From assembly GCA_026026165.1 (NCBI GenBank), contig JAPEUD010000037.1:1-64000 (forward strand): a DNA stretch of 64,000 nucleotides, given 5' to 3'. Under the pieces are notes generated by a model that saw only the letters and a list, made by a program, of their open reading frames with translations, did no database searches and was not told the DNA's origin. Numbering within the stretch: the stretch's first letter is position 1; each line of letters starts with the position of its first letter. This document shows, in pieces, positions 47,925 to 57,538 of the stretch. Source of the stretch: Sarea resinae (lineage: Eukaryota). The position numbers and the translations under genes were made by a program.

Positions 47925-48521
47925 TCAGCTTCCTCCCACCTTCAGAGGGGCGGATTTTCTCCACAGAGCTAGCATCTCGTACTCTACCAACCCGCAATCC
48001 GGGACGACCTCCACCTGTCCTCCGTCCCGCTCCACAAACCCATGAAACAAGTTGCAATATTCTTCTTCCCAGTCATATATAGGTCCGAGCCAAATCACTT
48101 CGCTTACGATGCCTTTTCCGTCCTTGCCATATTCGTCGAGATACCTGCGCACGAGACGAGGATCGCGCGGGTAGACGAACATCCAGAATTCCGCGACCGC
48201 GGCCAGGGGGCTGAGCGCGAAGGTGCCTGGTACCGTGGATATGTGGGAGGAGGGCAGGTAGGTGTTTATGTCGGAAGAAACTTCGATGGCGTGGATTTTG
48301 ATGTTCTTGGACGAGGAGACGAGAAAGGCCTCAAGGAGTCCGGTCCCACTGCCAATTGAGAGAGTGAGGGGCACGTCACTGGGTGAGGAGGGGGATGTGA
48401 GTATTGATGATAGGGTGGTGAGGAGGGTTGTTGACAAGGAGAGGCAATAGGAAGGGTGATGGGCGGGGTGGGATGTGAGGGCAGGCAGGACAGGCAGGGT
48501 GGGCAGGTCGTGATGATCCAT
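47925..48521 (-). CDS. Small conserved-type fungal hypothetical protein, possible Rossmann-fold methyltransferase
   Basis: LSIGSGTGLLE motif-I-like, following acidic AIEV, WMFVYPR, IWLGP..DW. Confidence 0.7.
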   Translation of the reverse strand: MDHHDLPTLPVLPALTSHPAHHPSYCLSLSTTLLTTLSSILTSPSSPSDVPLTLSIGSGTGLLEAFLVSSSKNIKIHAIEVSSDINTYLPSSHISTVPGTFALSPLAAVAEFWMFVYPRDPRLVRRYLDEYGKDGKGIVSEVIWLGPIYDWEEEYCNLFHGFVERDGGQVEVVPDCGLVEYEMLALWRKSAPLKVGGS

Positions 48522-48994
48522 GATAATTCTATGGGGGTTCTTTTTCCGTTCTCTGGTCTCTGACGGAAGGTGGGTGATTTGTAGTCGTGATCTGGTTGTT
48601 TGTTTGGGGTGAGGGCGGTGAGAGTACTGAGGGGGTTCAATTGGCCCAACCGAGACCGGCAGTTCGGACTGGCCCATACTCCCAGGCCCCCCGCTACCTT
48701 ACTTCTAACGTCCTATGACGGCGTATCATGATGCCTCCCCCTCGCTCCCTCGAATGTCAAGGCTCTTGAGATTCTGACTCATCGGGGGATATGCGACGAT
48801 AACACTGTAGTCAGGGCAGTGCATTCATAACAGTCGAGGGTTCAGTCTCTTCCGATTCATCTCTTCAGCGTCGCGTCCTAGGCAGCTCTCGTGTATTGAA
48901 GTAGAGTTAGAGCTTCGCGCTCTAGCCCAGCATCGACGGTGAGTTCGTGCCTCGAGACCCTACTGATAGCTAATGGGGAATATAGTCAACCGTC

Positions 48995-51900
48995 ATGGCT
49001 TCCACTTCTAAATTCCATAAATACTCCTTCTTCACGCCATTGCCAGTCACTGTCATCGTCTCAGCCGTCTACATTGCGCTCGTCACGGGCTTGCTGGTAG
49101 TACACCTCGTCGTGCCCTCAGCACCGAAGAGCCCGACCCCCTTCGCTGGAGTCAACACGACCGAAGCTTGGCTTGATCTCCAAGAGCTCACCAACGGATA
49201 TCGGCCTTATAATAGCCATCGAAATGATGAAGTGCGGGATTTCCTGCTCAGGAGAATCGATTCGATATTGACATCAAATGGTGTTGGGTACTCGACGGAA
49301 AGCCTGCGCGCCCATGCTCCCCTGCAATCGACTGGAGAACCTCGGCCACAAGGCAAAAGAGAGACCTTTGACAGCTTCAGCGCACCGACTAAACACTCAT
49401 CTGCGACGAACGCTGTCGTCATCTTCGATGACATGCTTTCCAATGCTACCTTCTCAACTGCGCCTTTCACCTCTGTCAAGGAAGTAGAACCTGGATTGAG
49501 CGTCTATTTCGAGGGCACCAACATCATGGTGTACATTCGAGGTACGGAAGATGAAGATGGGGAGTGGTGGAGGAAGAAAAAATCGAGATCACCAAACAGC
49601 AAGGGAGGAGTCTTAGTCAATGCACATTATGATAGTGTATCGACAGGGTTTGGCGCCACTGATGATGGCGTAGGAGTGATCTCTGTCTTGCAGCTGATCA
49701 GATATTTTACGACCTCGGGAAATACCCCTAAACGAGGCATCGTTGCATTACTCAACAACGGAGAAGAAGACTTCTTGAACGGTGCACGAGCCTTTACTCA
49801 ACATCCCATCTCTCAGTTTGCACACACCTTCCTCAACCTTGAAGGTGCTGGTGCTGGCGGTCGGGCGACCTTATTCCGAAGTACGGATACAGAGGTCACG
49901 CGATTCTACAAGAAAAGCAAGCATCCTTTCGGGACTGTGATTAGCGGCGATGGCTTCAATCATGGTTTTATTCGTAGTCAGACTGATTATGTCGTGTTTG
50001 AGGATATACTTGGCCTCCGAGGCCTTGACGTTGCCTTTATGGAGCCTCGGGCGAGATACCATACTGACCACGATGATACGAGACATAGTAGGTAAGGTCT
50101 CTATGTTCGTGAACAAAGCTGATTCTCGATAGCTTCTATTGATTCCCTATGGCATATGCTCTCAAGCTCTATCACCACCGTAAAGGGGCTCTCGTCAGAT
50201 ACGAGCTCGACATTTGACAGTGACAGTAGCCCGAGCAGAGGAAAGGTCAACAATGGAAAGGGCACCAACGGCGTTTGGTTTGACTGTAAGACTATCAAGG
50301 TTCTAAGTGACCAAGCTAACATGTCCAGTGTTTGGTCGGACGTTGGCTCTGTTCCAGCTGCATACAATCTTCGCCATTTCCGTCACGCTTCTAGTTGTGG
50401 CCCCGCTAATGCTTCTGACCGTATCAGTCATCCTCCGGCAGTATGACAAGATGTACCTCTTCTCCTCGACAACTACATTTCAGCTTGTGTCTGTCACATT
50501 GCATGGATGGCGTGGAGTCTTCAGATTCCCTGCTGCATTCATTGTCGCATCAGCGATAGTCGTCGGTCTAGCTTTTCTAGTTACAAAAGCAAATCCGTAC
50601 ATCATCTACAGTAGCGAGTATTCTGTTTGGACCATGATGCTCTCTGCTTGGTTTGTCTTCGCCTGGCTCATCTTCCGAGGAGCAGACTTTACGCGACCAA
50701 GTGCCTTACACCGAGTGTATTGCCATCTCTGGCTGTTTGTTCTCGGCTGGGTGGCTTTAGTCGTGGTAACAGTCTCTGAGAAGCAGAAGAAGATTGCCGG
50801 GTTGTATTTTATGGTGTTTTACTTTTGCTGCATCTTCTTGGCCACTCTTATCTCTGTCTTGGAACTCTTTGCCCTCCCGACAAAAGCAGATTACGCTATT
50901 CAGCGCGACGACCACGTAGTCGTTCCTCGGAGAAGAGCAGCCTCGGGCAGTCAATCTTCTGCGAGGCTGCTGGTACCCTCTGCTGACGAGCGGGCCGAGG
51001 TTGGCGATCCTCACCCTGCCGATGAAGACGAAGACGCAAACGAGCGTACACCACTATTTCGCCATCCAGGCCGGACTACCTTTGCGAACTATCCACGAAG
51101 CCATGATGCCGATGCCGAAAATGAAGAGGAATCGGCAGACGGGAACGAAAACGTTTACGGCGAGGAGCAAGCGTGGAGTGCCTCCCTCCCACAATGGACC
51201 TGGCTCCTACAATTCTTGGTCCTAGCCGTCATCCCTCTGATTTTTGTCGGCCAAGTCTCGCTCCTCATAATCTCGGCACTCAAGCAGACCCCGGCAGATG
51301 GCAGTCCCGTCCTCATGATATATCTACTGGTGGCCATTTTCTCGATCCTTCTGCTCTCTCCACTCACGCCCTTCCTTCACCGCTTCACCTACCATATCCC
51401 CATATTCTTGTTCCTTGTCGCGCTGGGGACGTTCATCTACAACCTCACGGCCTTTCCCTTCTCGCCCAACAATCGACTCAAGATATTCTTCCTTCAAAGC
51501 GTCGATCTTGACTCGGGCATCAACTCGGTCTCCCTCACGGGCCTCGACCCTTATATCAGAGATATCGCGTCGTCGATCCCATCTGCAGCTGGGAAGCCCA
51601 TGACCTGCATGCCGGACACCACAAGAAAAGGACTGACATCGTGCTCGTGGTCCGGACTTGCGCCTCGCGTCGTCCAGGGCGACAAGAGCTCCATTCCTCA
51701 CGTCCCCCCAGAGATCGACTATCCGACGTGGCTAGACTACACCGTCTCTTCGCCGCTGCCACCTCCTCCTTCTGGTGACAACAACACGCGTACCGCGCGT
51801 ATCTATCTCAATGCACGCGATACCCGCGCCTGCAAACTCACCTTCTCCCCTCCCATATCGAGTCTGCATGTGCTGGGCTCCGCGGCGCGCGATCCGTACG

Positions 51901-52190
51901 ATCGGTTCTCGGCCGTGCCGTCGGCGGGCAGCAAGGAGGTGCGGCTCTGGCGGCGGGAGTGGGGGATGCCGTGGACGGTGGACTTTGCGTGGGATGGTGT
52001 CGACGACGACGACGACGTGGAGGAAAACGCGGGCGGGATGGACGGGACGATCGTCTGTCTCTGGAGCGACGACAATGACGTCGGGACCATCCCGGCCTTG
52101 GACGAGGTCCGGCGGTTCGCGCCGGTCTGGGTGGCCGTCAGTAAATACGCCGACGGGCTCGTCGAGGGCGCGAAGACGTTTCTCGTTTGA
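48995..52190 (+). CDS. PFF1: M28 family multi-pass vacuolar membrane metalloprotease (Pff1/FXNA-like), 3 coding exons
   Basis: [41 protein letters not shown]; many TM helices; introns 50088-50132 and approx. 50286-50328; probable 5'UTR intron 48939-48986. Confidence 0.93.
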
Positions 52191-52610
52191 GGCATGCTTG
52201 TTCGTTTGGGTGATGCGGCGCCTTTTCCGTTGCCTTGTCGGTTTCTTTGCGTTTATGCTTGCGTGTCTCAGTCGGGCGGTCGGTTGGTGTGTTGGTCTTT
52301 TTGTCCGAATGAAGGAATGAATGAATGAATGAAGGGGCAGTCCGGGCTCTCTCTTTGGGTCGGAGATATACATGAGTAAGGCGGGTTCTTGTGGCGATTC
52401 TTGTGGCAATTCTCGGGCGTCTAGGGTCTTACTGTATCTATGTATGTATCTATGCATATATGTATGAATGGTTGACCGAGTGAATGACATGAGTTGAAGG
52501 AGTGAGATTTGTATCCGGCTGCTTATTTGGTTTTTCTTCGTTCATTTACTTGATTTATTTACTTTATTTACTTTTATACTTTTGGGGGGACATCTTTGCC
52601 CGCTCCATGA

Positions 52611-54186
52611 TCATGGCGCCGCCGAGAAGCCCATGGCGGTCCAGTTTGCATTGACGCGGTCCTGCACGGCCTGCGGATACGAGTGCTTGAAATCCGCAGC
52701 CTGCCAGTCGGCGCCCGAGGTGTACTCGACAGGCAGCAGGGCATCCGAGACGACCTTGCCGCCCTTGGTGGCGGGGCCCGAGCCGTGCGACATGTAGGGC
52801 ACGAGGGGGAAGCCAGCGACGTCCTCGAAGAAGGTCTCGTCGGCCGCGGGCCGGCACCGGGTGCAGAAGGCCCAGATGACGTCCTTGAAGTCGTAGATGT
52901 CGATGTCCGGGCCGACCAGCACGACGCGGTGGATGGTGTAGCCGCGCTTGTCGCCGAAGATGAGGGCGCCGACTTGGTCGCGGAAGGCGGCCGAGGTCGT
53001 GTGCAGCGTTTGGAGGGTCGATGTGTCGATTTGCAGCACCGCCCATGTCACTTGCGATTCGAAGGGCGTGAAGACGTCGAGCACGGGCAGGCCGGCGTCT
53101 TGGCAGAGCTGGCGGATCTCGGCGGCCGCGAGGGGCCCGATCATCGTGTGCTGGAGAGGAGGTCTGTCAGTAATGGACGAGAGAGAGGGACCCTTCTGGG
53201 CTTACGGTTTCGTCCGTCAGTCGGCCAGCCGGCGAGATGGGCAGGATGGCGTCGTTGCGGTGCGTGATGGCGTTGACGGTGTATTTCGGCCACGGGTGCG
53301 TGTCGGCCGGGAAGACGTAGCCGTGCATTTCGCCAAAGGGCCCCTCGGGCCCCGTCTCGGTGATGGACAGCGTGCCCTCGAGCACGATCTCGCTGGTGGC
53401 GGGCACGTACAGGTCGTTGGTCTCGCACTTGACGACGTCGACGGCGGAGCCCGTCATGGCGCCGATGTAGCCGGCCTCGGACACGCCGTCGGGGATGGGC
53501 ATGCTCGAGGCCATGATGGCGGCCGGCGGCACGCCCAGGGCCAGCGCCCACGGCACGTCGCGGCCCTCCTTCTTCCACATCTGGTGGATCTGCCAGATGT
53601 GCTGCGGCTGGATCACGAGCCCCGTCAGGTGGTTGCGGTCGTGCACCATGGCGCGCGCGATGGACCAGTTGGTCCACGAGCCGTCGGGCGACTGCACGAC
53701 GTGCATGCCGTACGTCTGCAGGTACTTGCCGCCGTCGGCCTGGTGCAGCTGCGGCACCGGCAGGTGGACGAGGTCGACCTGGTCGCCGAACAGCTTGTTC
53801 TCCTTGCACGGGCCCGTGGGCACGACGTTGGGCTCGATGGGCGGCTGGCCTTTGGCCGAGAGCATCTTGTCGAGGATGGTGCGCATGCTGGCGTCGGGCG
53901 GCAGGGCGAGGTGGCGGGCCAGGCGGCCGTAGCGGTCCTGGGACGAGGCCCGCAGGCCCGCGGGCGCGCCCAGGATGCGGAACAGGCCGTCGTGGGCGCC
54001 CTTGACGTTGGTGAAGAGCGGGGCCTTGTCGTTGGTCTCGTAGACCTTGCGCGTGATGGCGCCGGCCTCGAGGTCCGGGTCGACTTCGCGCGTGACCTCG
54101 ACCAGGTCGTCGTCGGCGCGCAGGGCGTCGATGAAGGCGCGGAAGTTCATGTGGGGGAGTTGGTTGGTGGGCGTGGAGGGAGCCAT
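52611..54186 (-). CDS. FDC1: Ferulic/cinnamic/sorbic acid decarboxylase (UbiD family, prFMN-dependent), 2 exons
   Basis: [84 protein letters not shown]. Confidence 0.96.
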
Positions 54187-54891
54187 GGCGAGTGACGGAC
54201 GGTGTCTGTGTTGTCGAAGACGAAGAAGACGAGGACGAGGAAGAGGAAGACGAAGAGGAAGACGAAGAGGAAGAGGAAGACGAAGAGCGAGCTCGAAGGA
54301 AATAGACAGGCAGGTCGGTGGACGGGGAGTATCTCGACCGACAAGACGCCTCCCTAGGAGGGGGGCTCGCCTTGCTGGTGCCCGCACGGAGATCACGACC
54401 ATCTCCCAGACGGACAAGTTGCTCGTTGCTCGTCGCTCGTCGCCCGTCGCCCTCTCCACCCCCCGCCGGCACTATGGCACTATGGAGTAATAGCGCCGGC
54501 ACTGCGCCAACTGCCGGTGGAGAAAACCGGGAGATGTCTCGGCTCTCGCCATCGCTTGTTCCCCTTTACGCACAGTACGCACACACTACTCAGACCACGG
54601 ACGGCGCACCGCCCGCCCCGACTCGCTAGCTCCTAGCTCCTATGAACGGCGCAGAGAGGCAGCGACCAGAGGCAAATCGAAGCCTCGTCGAAAGGAGACG
54701 GATGGCACTCCGGCGGACCGGCCAGTGCAACCCCCGTCGACCATGTTTGGGGACCCAGCATCGTCATCGTTCGCGGAGCGTGGGACTGCGACTGCACCGA
54801 TGCAATTCTGGACGGCTCTCTATTTATCCATCTCATCGCCGCCGTGGACATTGAAGAGGCTGTAGTCGAACACCAATCAAGAGGGAAAATC

Positions 54892-55959
54892 ATGTCGAGA
54901 CGACACCTGTCCGCCCCTTTTCTCACACATCGGCTGCCGGCGCCCTCGCGCTCACGATGCTGCTCTTCGACGGCAGTGGCATTGGCAGTAGCAGCCACCA
55001 CTACCTCCTCCTCCTCCTCCTCCTCCACTACTGCGACCGCAACAAGCTCTCTGACGTTGCCCTCCCGTTTCCAAAAACGACACCTCCGCGTGCCCTCCAA
55101 ACAACATAACGCCGCCCGCGCCACGACATCACCAACCACGACTGCTACTGCTACTGCTCGACGGCCCCTCCTCCGCAGCGCACGCCAACCGCCCCAATCC
55201 CCCCCGTCGAATCTCAGCCTCCCGCCCAAAGCCAGCATCACCAGCTCGGCCTTCCCACTGCCCGCCTCACCCGTCCTGACGACGCCGCCGAGACGCATCA
55301 TCGTCGCCGTGACGGGCGCCACCGGAACGATCTACGCGCTGCGGCTGCTCCAGCTCCTGCACGCGCTCGACATCGAGACGCACCTGATCATCTCCAAATG
55401 GGCGCTCTCGACGCTCAAGCACGAGCTGCCGGCGGGGCAGAACACGCTCGCGACCTTCACGGCGCTGGCGACGGCGACGCACTCGTGGCGCGACGTGTCG
55501 GCGGCGCCGGCCTCGGGCTCGTTCCTGCACCAGGGCATGATCATCGTGCCGTGCAGCATGAAGACGCTGGCGGCGATCCGCACCGGCTACACGGCCGACC
55601 TGATCGCGCGCGCCGCCGACGTCACGCTGAAGGAAGGCCGCCGCCTCGTGCTGGTCGTGCGCGAGACCCCGCTCAGCGAGATCCATCTGGAGAACATGCT
55701 GGCGGTGCGGCGGGCCGGCGCCGTCGTCGCGCCCAACGTGCCGGCGTTTTATCATCGGCCGGCCGATCTCGAGGGCGTCATTGCGCAGGGCGTGGGCCGT
55801 ATGGCGGATTGGCTGGGCGTGCACACCGAGGGCGGTTTTGAGCGATGGGGCGGCTTCAATGGGGGTGGTGGTGGCGGTCAGAACGCCGGCCTCGGTGATG
55901 CTGCTGCGACCAAGGAGATCTTTCCTTCAGAAAGACTCGGTAGCGGCAACGAGGAATAA
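54892..55959 (+). CDS. PAD1: Flavin prenyltransferase (UbiX/Pad1) with long Ser/Thr/Arg-rich N-terminal extension; intronless
   Basis: RRIIVAVTGATG, ETHLIISKW, APASGSF..GMIIVPCSMKTLAAI, LIARAADVTLKE.RRLVLVVRETPLSEIHLENM, VPAFYHRP. Confidence 0.95.
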   Translation: MSRRHLSAPFLTHRLPAPSRSRCCSSTAVALAVAATTTSSSSSSSTTATATSSLTLPSRFQKRHLRVPSKQHNAARATTSPTTTATATARRPLLRSARQPPQSPPSNLSLPPKASITSSAFPLPASPVLTTPPRRIIVAVTGATGTIYALRLLQLLHALDIETHLIISKWALSTLKHELPAGQNTLATFTALATATHSWRDVSAAPASGSFLHQGMIIVPCSMKTLAAIRTGYTADLIARAADVTLKEGRRLVLVVRETPLSEIHLENMLAVRRAGAVVAPNVPAFYHRPADLEGVIAQGVGRMADWLGVHTEGGFERWGGFNGGGGGGQNAGLGDAAATKEIFPSERLGSGNEE

Positions 55960-56169
55960 AGCCCCAAGATCAAAACATGATCATCTCGATCGTCCTCTCC
56001 AATCCTCTCCAATCACGCCCCCAGCAATACAAGCGGTACATTCAAAGAGCCCACCCATGCCATACTCAAACATTCAGCGCCACTACCGCCACCGTCCCTC
56101 TCTCTCTCTATCTTCGAACCATGGGGTTTTCTAGGACCGATCAGTCGAGAGGTCCCTACTCGGCCTAGG

Positions 56170-56702
56170 TGTTCCTGTAACAGAAAGAAAGAAGGGGGGG
56201 CCTATAGAAAGAAGGGGGAAGGGGGGCTGCTTAGTAACGTGGTGTATAAATAAGAGAGGAAGAGAGAGAGGTGTACAAAGAAATCAGACACAGAGTACAA
56301 AACAAAACAAGAGCTAGAGCTAGAGAGCCTAAAGTAAGAAGTCGGACGTTCGGAAAAATAGGAGATAGAAGACAAGATAGAGAGAGAGAAGTACAGAAAG
56401 AAGAGCTCCTCTGAGAGAGATGTAAGAAAAAGGAGCTAGAGAGAAGGCAAGAGAAGGAGAGAGAGAGAGATGAGAGGGAGTTGTGTATAGTATAGTATAC
56501 AGTATATAATATACAGAATCTATAATCCACAATCCAGAATCCACAACATCCTACCAAACTGTAAAGAGACAAAGAAGACAATATTAGTATCACAGCAATA
56601 AACTATACACACTACCTAGGTAAGAGAAGGTAGATACTATACCTACCTACATATCGACTACATCTTCTAAACTAGATAAACTAGTTTCTAAGGTAGTAGA
56701 GA

Positions 56703-56733
<31 letters not shown>

Positions 56734-57100
56734 TGTGTGTGTGTGTGTGTGTGTGCTTTTTTCGCTTTAGATAGTTTAAGTAGTTTAGATGGTTTAGATG
56801 GTTTAGATGGTTCAGATAGTTTAGATAGTTTAGATAGTTCAGATAGTTTAGATAGTTAAACACTACTATATATACGATCTACTATCTACTGTACTAAATT
56901 ATACTAGACATTAGACATTAGACATCAAGAGAGAGGAAACAACCTCAGCTCTTTTCCCTTTTCCCTTTTCCCTTTTCCCTTTTCCCTTTTCCCTTTTCCC
57001 TCTTCCTCTTACTCCTCTTATATCTATCTAGGGAGTCTCTCTCCTCTTTCAAAGTTTCCACCTCTACACCTATCCTTAAACCCCCTCTCTAACTAAGCAC
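56170..57100. repeat. AT-rich, TpA-rich low-complexity block with RIP-like signature; 9-bp tandem array 56766-56855, (GA)n(GT)n, (TTTCCC)n
   Basis: Abundant TAG/CTA/TATA; repeat units differ mainly by CA>TA and TG>TA. Confidence 0.8.
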
Positions 57101-57538
57101 ATCACACATCCCACGACCACTCTACCAGACCTAAGAACCAATCCATGTCGAAACCGCCCAACAAGACAAGGGAAAGACGGAGATGAGAATGATGAGAAGA
57201 ACATTAAGAACGATAGTAAGAATACTTTCTACAGTCTCCCTCCCAAAAAAAGCCAGCCACTCGGCCACTTACAGGCGCCAAAGCCGAAACGGAGTACCTA
57301 TGCATCTATGTGAACATGGTCCGATCTCTTCGGCCGAAAAAGACGAGGAAACGAAGACGAGGAGAAGAAGTGCTTGAGATCCATGATCGAAACGCCAACG
57401 ACAACGCCTACGGTATTGACCAGACCATCCCATCCAATCCCTTCACGCGAGGCGGACAACGCCAAGCCAAGCCAGGCCAGGCCAACAGCACGGCAGCCAT
57501 CCTCAAAAAGGACTAAAACTACAACTTCATCGTCGCCT

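Noticed and set aside
52948..54502. Long alternative-frame ORFs over FDC1 (415 aa on +, 453 aa on -)
   Set aside because: Shadow ORFs expected from extreme GC3 bias; low-complexity products.
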